Source of the DNA: Schmidtea nova
Taxonomy: Eukaryota
DNA length: 64,000 nt
Direction: 5' to 3'
Assembly: GCA_044892505.1 (NCBI GenBank)
Contig: CM097883.1
Location: 239,072,001-239,136,000, forward strand
A model generated the notes under the pieces. The model was not told where the DNA came from, did no database searches, and saw only the letters and a program-made list of their open reading frames with translations. Each line of letters opens with the position of its first letter. The stretch's first letter is position 1. Of the stretch, positions 25,801 to 38,600 are shown one piece after another. The position numbers were made by a program, and so were the translations under genes.

Positions 25801-28800
25801 AAAGCACAATTAAATTTATTTAATATAACCCATATTTTCAACCTTTTTCAAGAGTGTTAAATGCATTTCAATTTCGGTGGAATTGTCAACGTTGAAAGAC
25901 AATTCTATCTGGTCAAAGCGAAGCTGGTGTGAGGTGAGAGTCTTTGCTAGTATAGCTGTCCGAGTCACCAGCTGAGAAGATAAATGCATCAGTTTCCCAA
26001 CTTTTTTTGCAAAATATGCATGTCTATTTTATTGTCTCTGTAAAGGCTAGAAAAAAAAATTTTAAATTTTAAATGTAATTTTTCTTGATTTAAAAAAGTA
26101 CAAACTTGTTTTAAATTGTATTTTATTTCTTATACAACCATATTTTTGATATTTATTTAAACTTGCTCAAATCATTTCGTAACGTATTTCATTAGTTCAA
26201 AATACTCAGCTGCCAAGGAGCCCAAAAATAAATTTTGCTTATGGTCCTTAAATTTGTAATTACGTTGCTGGTGTAAAGGATTTCGTGATTTTTACGTTAC
26301 AAGCGATTTTGTTTTTGTTTTCTCTTTCCCAAATCGAACTTTTTCTGTAGTTTTTTCTAATATTATTTCTTCGTTCAGTTGTTTGATTTTAACTGTTTTT
26401 ATCTCTAATTAACTTTAAGAGATTTTTAGCTTTTTATTATATTTTTCACATCATTTTATTGTGGCTCGTACTATTTACTTTTTTTATTCTAGACTTCTTA
26501 TATCGATGAGACTGAAAATGAACACGTAATACCAATGGTGGAAAACAAAACTCACCAAGAGCCACTTTTCGTTAAATTAAAACTGCAAACCAATGGCAAA
26601 ATTCAAAGTAAAAACTATCTTTTAATTTCATGAGACTATTTATTTTGCGCATTTTGTTTAGATAGTGAGAAATTAATCACGACTTTCATTCGATTTAAAG
26701 ACCTGGATTTGGTTGACGAATCAAAAGATGTTGAATTGAAGATCCAAAACAGCAGTGAACTCAAATTGAAAGACGACGATGTGGTTGAGCGGTATAAGAA
26801 CTCGGACTTTATCAGTTTATCCCTTAATCAAAAAAGAAATATTACAATTCAGTTCAAATTGCCAACTTTTCAGAAGGTTTATATTATTCTCTATTAATAA
26901 TAATAATGATCTATGATTGAAATCGCGATAAGTAGTGCGGCTAAAAGTGCTTATCGTGAAAATCTTTTATTTATGATTTCGTTTATCGTCATTTTTTTCA
27001 GACAATAGGTGAAAAAGTTTTCAATTTTACTGTCATTCGTTAATTATTTTTGAAAAAATGGATGATGCAGTTGATTTTTACAAAGGGATTTGTTTTCTAA
27101 TTTTGATGAGAACAAACAAACAAAAAGCATATTGTTGAAAAATCTCTTACAACACAAATATTTAGAACTGTGCACGAAAGTTTTCAATTGCTGCAACAAG
27201 GGCCTGGTGGCTGCAGGAGATGGATACTTGTAGAATTAGTTATAATAATTGTAAAATTGATGGGAATTATAACTGTAAATAAATGATTAAACAAATGGAG
27301 TTGTTTGTACGACTAAATGTTCTCAAGAGGACAGTGGAGTTTATGCTGGAACAATGTTAAATCAGAAAGTTGCATAGGCGGTTTTATTCCACGGCTTTTA
27401 TCACCTGTAGTGAAGGATAGTCGAAGTGCGATTTGGGTCTCTTGGGTGAGAATTTGTCTCAGTTCACTGGAAATTATTTTGACTGAAGATATTGCACATA
27501 TTTTCTTCATGCTTGAAGCTGAATAAATCAAAAGGGAAGAAGATAAAAGATTTTACTAATAAAATACAAGACGTTTAACCACTTACCTGTTTGGGTTTTA
27601 AATTTTTTTTCTCATATGTTTATGACTAAGATTAATTACAAAAAATAATACTTCGGCAAAACACAACCAAGTAGGAAGTGGCGCGACAACGATTAGGATG
27701 CCTAACTGCACTCGAGCAAGTCACTATCAGTTAAAATTGCCCGCCCGTGCCTGGTCACAGGTAAGTCAGTTACCTACTAATGAATGGAAGTAAGGGCCAT
27801 TTCGATTCCCGTCAATACCAACTTATTTCCATTCATTCAACTGTTTGCTGTTATGACTTGGGGACTTTTTGAAATTATTTATATAAAGTGCTCACTAGAA
27901 TAGGATTTTTGGTTTTTATGAGTCATTTATTAAATAGCTTATCCAAATTATGAACGAAGTAATTTATACTTTGATCAGTTCTAAGAATATCTGGAAAAAA
28001 TTCATAAAAAATCCTAAAAAGACAGAAATATCTAAAGTTTCCCCCATTTCCCTCTATGCAGCTTCAACCTTATTTCCAGTGCCGCAATCATTCGTTATTA
28101 TTTTATACTCTCTCTATAATTACAAAAGAATTCCCTCGCCCAATAGAATGAATTCATATTTTTAATAAAATATTTGTTTGGTAATATAATTTGTACGAAT
28201 GTTATTGTTCAGGTCCAATCGCAAATCTGGCTGTATTCATTTGAAGAGGAATGTGGCTATCTAGTGGACGACAAGTAATTGTTTTCGAATAAAAATGTAT
28301 TTGATAAAATTCGAAAGCCAGCTTTATTAGTATTAAAATTTAAAGAAATTTTTCAATAAATAACAATAATTATTATAAAAATGAGCACCCGTGAATGACA
28401 TTGGTTCAAGACTAAATTTAAGAATATAAATAGAATTATCGAGTCGTCATAGTACATACAGAGGACAGTGCTTCATGACAGCCGTACAAGTTAAAAGTAA
28501 TGAAATTAATTTTAAATTACAATTAACCCCTTAACGCACGTTTTTTTATATGTCAATGCAAAAACATTATTTTTAATAATAAAATAGTCAAAAATATAGT
28601 CAAAATGAATATAAATTATTTCACTGCCCGAGATATAACCGTTAGTGAATCTTAAACAAAACTTTATATTTCGTATACCCGAGTCTCTCTCGGACATGCA
28701 CAAATTTGCCAGTAACACTTACCCGAGTTACGCTCGGGCATGTGCGGTAAGGGGTTAATATCCAAATTATGATCACTTAATCAAAATAACTATTGAAGTA

Positions 28801-31800
28801 AATTTACATCAAAATAAAATTTTATATATTTGTGACCAATAATTGTATGAATGCTAAAATTAAAAATGTTTCTATTTCAATATTTCTTCTTACAACAATT
28901 TTCTTTTAATTTGCAATAAATAATAAATTTTTTAAATGAACATTTAGCATTTTATTTAATAAAATATTACATTTACAAGATATATGCATTTGTACTGTGA
29001 CCCTATGATAACATTTGCCAATTTGTGGCTACCCAAACAATAAAATCAACAGGGTTGCACTTCAGTTACAGCATTTTTGCAGCCAAATATTATGATAATT
29101 AGGTTTTGGCTTCTAATTATCTGATTTTATTTTATACTTTTATATGCATCATATTTTTTTATTACAAATTTTGAATAATAATCAAATTTCGAAATTTTAT
29201 AATATTTCGAAATTTTATAATAAAACTTTTAGTTTAGTTGAATTTTATAATTAGAGAATATGAAGCACTTGCATGTCTAATTTTAATAATAGCTGAAAAC
29301 ACTGTTTTGCCGCAAACAGAATATGATTTCATTTTACTTCACTAAGTACGTAGGTAATTTCGTAGAGTTGAAGTTGCAAGAATTTAAATGGCTAAAATTA
29401 TTAAATTATATAGGCTCCTGACATCTGTCGAATGAATCATAGTATTGTGCGTCGCTTCAGTGTTGTGACTGTAGTTCCAGTGTAGTCAGAGTAGTCAGAG
29501 TAGGCCAGTAGAAGTATCGTTTAAATTTAAAATGATAATAAGGAACCACTGGCTCGCGTAAAAAATTATTTTTTTCAGAAGGTCTCAGACGACTCCTGGC
29601 AAACTGTCACGCGACCCTGGTTGGGGTCATGACCCATAGGTTGGAAACCGCTGCATTATATTAAACTTACATTTTAAAATAACTTTTAGTTTTAATCGAC
29701 AACAAGATGTTTTCTATTTTAATGCTATTTAAAAATCCTATTTTCTTCGAATAATTAATGATAAAATTTGTAAATTAATTTGTAAATACGTTTTTTAAAT
29801 AGTGAATTTATTTAGTTTATGTGGCATTTCATCCATGATGTTTGAAAATATAAACGAGAACAGAGTTTATTTTAGTTTAGTTTAGTTTATAATTTTATAA
29901 AATATAATCAGAAACGCATCTATCAGATGTGGCAATCTTTTAACTCAGTGATTTTTAAAATTTGTATAACTGTTTTTCCGAACCCATGCCCTTTATTATT
30001 TATATTTTTTATAAAATATCGAAGTTTTAAGTCAATTTTCTATTTAAACAAATTCATTTATTGTTTAAATAAACTGAAAACATAACATTCATAAAGATTT
30101 TTTAAATTGGAAATAGTAATTTTCTTTAGATTTTTTGTAAAATATTTTTATTTTTGAATTTTTTACATGGCACTGACGAGCACCAAATAAACTCGAAACG
30201 CGTCTGCCATTAGAAATCGTATCGAAATTGACATTAGAAACTTTAAGTTATTGATTATTTTATTAGTTATACAGAAATATATTTTCTCATATCTTTAAAA
30301 TTATCTTAACTCAAGCCCGGATTCAATAAGTGCGGGGTCCGATTAAATTTTTTTGCGGGTACCTCTATATATTAAATATTTAAATAAAATGCAAATTCTA
30401 TATATATATTTTATAATTTATATATGCATTTTATTTAAAGATTATTTAAATAATTTATCCTTTATCGTCAAAAGCAATTTGTTTTAAATTTCGAAAAATA
30501 ACTTTAAATAATCGCCCTTATTTCGGGCCTGTCTTAACTACCTATAAATCTGTTTCATATAGTTACAGTTGTGTTCGTGCCCACTTCGTTATTATCCCCA
30601 AATTTGATTTTCAAAATGAATAAGCCATTTCTAATATATGGGCTTTTGAATTTCACTATTTACTATTATTGTTGTTTATTTTATAAATGTAGAAACTGGG
30701 AATGGTCAGTAGATGGATGTAAGAAGGTAATGGAGAGCGGAAATCAGTTTTATTGTGAATGTGACCACCTTTCAAATTTCGCGATGCTATTCTCAGTTAA
30801 AACTGTCAATGTTATTCACCTAACTATTTTCAAATATCTCTCAATCTTAGGCGGAATAATTAACATTTTATCATTGGTTTTATTTCTTATTTTTGTTCTT
30901 TTAATGTAATTTTATTAATTTTTTATCTAAAAATTATTTACAATATTCTTCAGAAACTCGAGAGACAAACTGCGATTGGATCAACTAAACATAGCGATTT
31001 GCCTTTTGTTAGGGACGATTGTTTTCTTTCTGGGTAGTATAGCTGTTGTCAACCAGATATTCTGCCAACTTGTTGCAATTTTCACTCAATTTTTATTTCT
31101 TTCAGCTTTTGTATGGAAGTTAATTTTAGGAATCAATGTGGTCAGGATGATGTAAGTTCATACTGATTTATTTTATATTAATTTTATTTACTTTAAATTT
31201 TTAATTAATATTTTAAAAAATAATCACACTTGAAATGTTTAACTGTAATTATTAGGTCGACAAATAAGTAATGTCGATTTTTACGGAAAACTTTACACAA
31301 CAAAAATGACACAGAACAGATATATTAATTAAATACATAGGCACCATTGTTTTCTACAATGTCACTCCATTTAGAAAGTAATTTCATAATGCCATCTTTA
31401 TAAAGATTTTCTGGCTTGGAATCGAAAAATTCTTCGATGGCAATATTTATAGCTTCATAAGAAACGAACTTTTTTCCGGCCAAGAAATTTTGCATTGTCC
31501 GGAACAGATGGTAGTCAGAAGGTGAAATGTCCGGACTGTAAGGAAGATGACATAAAAGTTCCCAGCAAAACTCGGTTATCATCTGAACTGTCTTCTTTGT
31601 TATATGTAGTCGCACATTATCCTGATGAATAATGACTCCATTTCTGGATGCCATAGCTGGCCACTTTTTTTTCAATTTGAACTTTCAGTCTCTCTAACTG
31701 AGAACAATACACATCTGCGGTAATTGTTTCACCAGGTTGCAGCAGTTCGAAATGCATGATACCCCTAACGGACCACCAAAAACTTAACATTGCCTTTTCC

Positions 31801-32600
31801 CCATGAATATTTGGCATTACCGTGATTGTAGGTCTTTGGCAAGGTAAAAGCTATTGCCTTTTACGACTGGAGTTGTCGAACATAACCCATTTCTCGTCAC
31901 CAATTATGATACGATTAAGGAAGTCTTCATTTTCTTTTTTGGAAATCAGCATTTTGCATATTGAAACACGATTCTTTTTTCGGTTATCGGAAAGTTCACG
32001 AGGCCCCCATAATCCTGCCTTGCTTTTTTTACACATCTTATGTAAACTTATGCGAATTGTTTCCCTGTTCATTCCTAATTGTGAACTCATTCCAACTAGT
32101 GTTTCACATGGATTTTTTTCAATCAATACCTGGATAACGACAGTATCTACAGTCGGCGACCTGCCCGATCTAGGAGCGTCGGCTAAATCAATATTTCCGA
32201 CTTTGTATCTGGAAAACTTTCTCTGACATTTCTTTACATCAACAATATTCGGATAAATTTGATTAATTTATCTTACAGCTTCTGATGCCGTTTTACCATG
32301 ATGAAATTCGTAAAGCATACAATGTCGTACGTGATCTTCATTCGGCATTTTGTCTGTCATTTCTACAGATTCAATACACATTCATCAAATTACTGGAAAA
32401 ATATTTTAACATTAAACTTACTTCATAAAATCGCCATAAAACAAATGGTTTTTATATATTTAAACAATTTATTGGTTGATTGAATATGTATTATTAAAAA
32501 ACGCCATTCTTATTTGTCGACCTAATATCATGTTTTAAAATGTGCGCAGACTTTTTTTGAAAATATTGATATATTGTCATCTAATAATAGAAACAAGTCA

Positions 32601-32665
<65 letters not shown>

Positions 32666-35600
32666 AATAATTATTGATAGAACACAACTTTATTCGAACG
32701 GCATAATTGCCATGTCTGCGCAATTGTCACGCAAGAAAATTTCGTAAAAACACAAATCAAACAAATAAGAACTGACAATTTTAATAATTTATTAAGTCAA
32801 TCTCTTTGTAAATGGTTTAAACAATAATCAAATTGGATTATTACAAAAAAGATAAATTGTAAATTTGTGAATACAAAAGTCAGCCGAGGACTCTCAAATT
32901 TCATCGACAAATGAACAATAATTTGAATTGTAAGTAAAAGGTTCATTACGGATACGGACAGAATGTTCAAATGTTTAATATACAAAAACTGTTGTCGATT
33001 TTCATTCATTTTCACATGGTTTTTTTCGCTGACCACTTCATGTAATCATGTAAAACTCTATTATTAGCTGAATTAATTTTTATTAGACGCAATTTTATTT
33101 CAATCATAACAAAAATTATATTGAATTTCAAGTGCTTTTTTGTACTTTTTAAAACTTTTATCATCATTTTCCTTTTCTTGAAATTTGCTTAATTATAGGA
33201 TTTTCTATTTTGTTTTTCGTTAAAAAATTGCAAAAATGTACCGGTTGGCACTGATAAGCACTAATTGAAGGATTTATGCCATAATTCTTGCTTTCATGAT
33301 GAGATAATCATCGTCATTTTTGAAGTCATTATATTTATTAAAATATTAACGAGTCTAAAAGTTTTTAATACATTTAGGAACTTCAGTATCTCTATTGCAA
33401 AACCAACAATAGACAGTCATTTCTACGATCAGAAGTAAACATATCCAACTAATAAAAATTTTATTTTATTGAAAATCAATCCTTTCAAAAACCAATATTT
33501 AATTATATTCATAATTCTGTCAAATTGTTTAATATTTAAACCAAAAACTTAAATTTGTTTTTTTCCTTTCTAATTTAAATTAATTAATTTTGAAACATTC
33601 TTTATTTTCTATTTATTTTTTTTACAAATTAATAAACAAAAAAAATAAACTTTTAAAAATATTCATATAATCTTTATTCCATGATTCATCAATTATTAGT
33701 ATTAATATTAAAAATAAACGCCAATCCAAAATTATATTCTGCACAATATATTACTAGAAACTCCTCATCATCAGGTGCTATTCAGTCAACCATTCCAATA
33801 TAGGCCAAATAAATAAATTGATTTAAGCAAAATAACTTTATATTGTGTATATTTTGGAAATATATTGTGCGGAATATAATTTTGGATTGGCGTTTGTTTT
33901 TAATTATTTCAGTGCCTTGTTTGTTGTATTATATTATTAATATTGTTATTAAAATAAAATATTAAAACATTTAGATTAACTAGTTTGTTTTTAATTGTTA
34001 ATTTTTTGTTTTGATAAACGAAAAGAGAAATAGCAAAAATTAGACTTGGCAGATAAATTTAATACTTGGAAATTTAATTACCAATTTATACGTCAATAAT
34101 TTTCATAATTGTATGACTAGATCAAATTTTTTTTTGTTTTAAAATGTTTTTGATCTATAGTCATACAATTATGAAAATTATTGATATGAAAAGGGTGAAA
34201 CCAAAAGATAATTATGACAAATTTATACGTTTTTAAAATGTAATGTTTGGTCATTTACAAATTATCTTGAAATTATTCAATTTAAAGTTAAAAATATTCT
34301 TTTTTTCAGTTTAAATATTATATTTTTGCCACAAGGCCGTGCTTAGTGAATAGACGCTTTGAAAAATTCATTTTAATTATGATATTAAGTAAATTGATAA
34401 TGTCATAAAACTTGATTATTATTTGAAATTTTGTTTGTATCGATACAATCAAAAAATTAATAATCGTGCCAATCTAGTAATAAAATGAACATATGCTATC
34501 AGTGATTTGGTACAATTTATTAAACTATATATTAACTAATTTCACATGTTTTTATCTCAGCATATTCACCTTTATCACAAATTGCAACTAACCAATTTTG
34601 GTTTATTCCAGACAGGGCCGGTCAAATGATACTCATATCTCATTTATACACTCTGTAAAATCACACAATAATGTGTTTTTGTCGTTTTAATAGTTCTAGT
34701 AACTGATATTGTTGAAAAAAGTCATCAAATCTGTGTCATATTCATGCACCATCTGTAACTCGAAAAGTTCTACTGAATTCTTTCAGTGTTTTACGAACGT
34801 TTACTTAATTTTGAGATTTGGTTGACAAAATTTTGACCTTAAATAAATTTACTTCGTGTTTGCTATGATAACCGGTTACCTACTTCCGCGACCTACATGT
34901 TTTATCTGCATACTTTATCCAGACTTTAAAGTTTGCAAAGAACGGTTAATCATAAATGTTGATTTTTTTTATTTTTTTCAAACTATAAATCAAAAATATT
35001 TTTTTTTCTATTTGTGATGATTAAGAGAAAATAATATTTACCATATATTCTCTGTGTGAGGTGTTAATATAAATATTTTAAAATTTAATAACATAAATTT
35101 AATAAAAATGGATTTGAAAATTAATATTATAAATATTATTAAATTCAAAAAATAAGAGTTTAGAATTTTAATTTTTAAATATTTTAATTTTAAATTAAAA
35201 TATAATATTTAATCAGTATTTGAATTACAGAATGTTGAATCGTAGCCCATAAAAATTATCGATGCTTCAAAAAAATATTCAAATAATATTATTGAATAAT
35301 ATTTTTTGAATAATATGCTTTAATGAATATAATTTTTTGAATTAAATATTGTTATTAATAAAATACAATATTATGACTAAAGAAGAATCCGAGTGCAATG
35401 TAATTGCAACTAACAGTCTGTAAAAAAATGAAAATAAATGAAATTGACAAAAAGTCAAAGGTGAAGAAAATTAAAGATTTTATTCATAATCATGAATAGA
35501 TTTTCTGTAATAATTTTTTTATATATTTGCAAAACAACCCCATTCATAAGATTTTCTCTTTTATCGTCAATGACAGAATAATATTTAACTAAAAAATAAT

Positions 35601-38600
35601 AATATCAAAAAGAAAATTAAAAGAAAAACAATTAAAATACGAAACCCATCAAATACTTGTAACAGCGCGGGGTGAAATTGAATTAATTTAAAAATAAACA
35701 ATTGTAATTAATGAGCATAATAATGTTTATCGAGATATGGGAAATAAATTAATTGATGATGAATTTGTGAGGATCTTGGTGGAATGGTTCAGCACTCTAT
35801 AGGCATCAATATTCACATCACAAATTCACTGGGGAAAATTGATAATCAACATATTATTATATTTTAGTATCTAAAATTAATAATTTCTTTAAAATAACAT
35901 GAATTATCCGTTTTTTTAATTGTGATTTTATAACCACACGTTTGTTGTTCTTTTGATGATTTGAAATATGAGTTAAATACTTGAATTGTTTACTTTCATT
36001 CAGATAAACAAATCATGATGTGGTATCTTGTATGTCTTTGAAATTCGACCTCGCTGAAATTGCTTTTCTTAAAATAATTATTTGAAGAAACTTATTTAAC
36101 ACATTTATTACAGATGACCCCAATTAGTGGGTTTGCGCTCCTCAATGTTTCATTCTACTTTTCTTCATATTTATACCATCTTAGTGAAGAAAAAGGTTTC
36201 CATTAGCTCTGACTATCTCAAATATGATCCCACATTTATCCGTTCCGCATTTAATCAGTGTTTCGGGAAGTGACTTTCTGTGTTTCATTACGGCGGTATT
36301 CTGAAATTTATTAAATTTGGGAATGTCTCTTTATTGTTTAGACCCTGCTTCATTTTGTATTTAATTTTGGCAATTTTTGTTTTTAGGTAAATAATTGGTT
36401 TTGGAAGCCAGAACATCTGTGCGTGCTGCTTGCATTCATTTCTTTTGCAAAGCGATAATTCGCTAATTGACGCAAAAAAATTTAAATTTAAAAATAAATT
36501 TATAAAGGTTGCTAATATTTCCCAAAAATCAATTAATTTTAATTTCATGAAATATCATTTAGATAATTTGGAATTTTAAATTAATTTACAAATCTGGTGG
36601 ACATGGTCTTCATTTATTTAAATGGCTATATTATTCATTATCGTAGATTTAAAATGCCACTGTCAATGCGTCCGCCCCATCCATGTTTAAATTTATGTAA
36701 TATATTTACTTTAGTTAATCAATAATTTATTACTAATGTCCATTATTATCATAAATATAAAATGCTTCTGTCTGGTCATTTTTCCGCACCTAACCCTAAA
36801 TCGAAATTCTGATAAATTATAAATAAAAATTACCTGCGTACTATGTATATGTGATGCTATAGTCTGTCGGTCTGTCACCACCGTATCTATAAATTCAAAA
36901 AATGAGACAGCTAGTAAATAATAAAATATTTTTATTTATTAATGTTTTAAACGTACTGAAAATTTTAAATTATATTTAGAAAAGAAATTTTTTTTCATTG
37001 CGAATAACTTTTAATTTAGAGCGTCATTGAGATATCAAAATGAAGATTGGATGGTGAAATATCGTCTAGCAACATTGGGAGTCGGATATGGGGTTCCACT
37101 GGTGATTGTTATAATATCTGGCAGTATTTACTGGTCGGCATATGGATCCATTTCTGATGATGTGTAAGAAATTTTTAGATTTATTATTATATTTTTAACG
37201 TTTGCTTTGATAACTTTTTATTNNNNNNNNNNNNNNNNNNNNNNNNNNNNNNNNNNNNNNNNNNNNNNNNNNNNNNNNNNNNNNNNNNNNNNNNNNNNNN
37301 NNNNNNNNNNNNNNNNNNNNNNNNNNNNNNNNNNNNNNNNNNNNNNNNNNNNNNNNNNNNNNNNNNNNNNNNNNNNNNNNAATAGAAACAGTTGGATTGC
37401 TTTGAGTTCATAATCATTGAACGTCATAATAAATTTGTCACCGTCTGCACCAATTTCATAAATATCACCGGTTCCCGGACGAAAAGATTACCATATGCGC
37501 CTTTTGTTATCTGAGAAATATTGATAATTGATTTGACTTTTGTAATAATCATTTCATTGATTTCTTTTCCCAGATAATACGTAAGTACCAGGCGACCGAG
37601 CTTCGCTCGGTGAAAAGAAAGACAGTTTTTTAATCTCTTTCGCAAAACAACTTTAATTTTATTTTATTCGGCTGAGACATAAAAATCGATGTTGCCGAGG
37701 TAACCGTCATCGCTGTCACTATCAAGACTTATAGAAGTTTCATCAGGAACGTTCAATGCTTCTTTCCACACAACATTATACGTGTGACGTTCATTTTCAG
37801 GTGGTAAAAGAACTTTCAAGCTATTTTGTCGTTTAACACGGGAAAATGCTACGTACAACATAGCATGATTAAAGACAGGTGTATGAAGGTCGATGCCAAC
37901 AAATTCGAACGTTTGACCTTGAGATTTATGCACGGTCATCGCAAACGCAAGTCGAAGCGGAAATCGATGTCGCTGTATTGTACATTCAAGTTGACCTTTA
38001 CTGGAGTTGAGCGTAACTCGAGGAATGTGTTCTTATTGTCCAGCTTTTTCCCCAGTAATTATTTTTGCTTTACGTTGTTACATTATTCGGTAACAATAAG
38101 GCGTGTTCCATTGCACATACCCTCCAAAATATTTAAATTACCCATTAGCATAATTATCGTATTTTTCTTCAGTTTTAATTCATGGGGTGGAAAATCAGCA
38201 ATTTCAATCGAATTAGGAAATTCTGGCGTGAATTCAATACCTCCTTCATGTTTATCCTTCACAGAATCATGACTTTTATACGATTTGTATTCTCCTGAGA
38301 GACGATCGACGATCTAAGCATTAATATTACTGACTTCTTTGTTCAGCGGCACGAGAATAACACGTTCCTTCATTCCATCGTAATTTTGATTCGCAAGGCA
38401 ATTTCCAAATACTTCTTCGATTAAATTACCACTCAAAATTATATCCTCAGGTAATTCGATTTCATTGAAGTAATTTTTTGGAAGATTTCCATTTCCCAGT
38501 TTCAGGATATACTTTGCAAATGCTTCCTCTTCAGGATCGACACGCATATTTTTTAACGAAAATATTTTGACAAAGTTAGAAATGTTATTGTTGTATCCAC

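Noticed and set aside
27313-27531. Minus-strand ORF as an exon of a nested gene
   Set aside because: It has a plausible acceptor but no donor, no recognisable domain and no partner exons.
33246-33282. Third hammerhead-like motif (TGGCA-CTGATAA..TGCCA)
   Set aside because: Stem I resembles the 30167 motif, but both core segments are mutated; too decayed to call.
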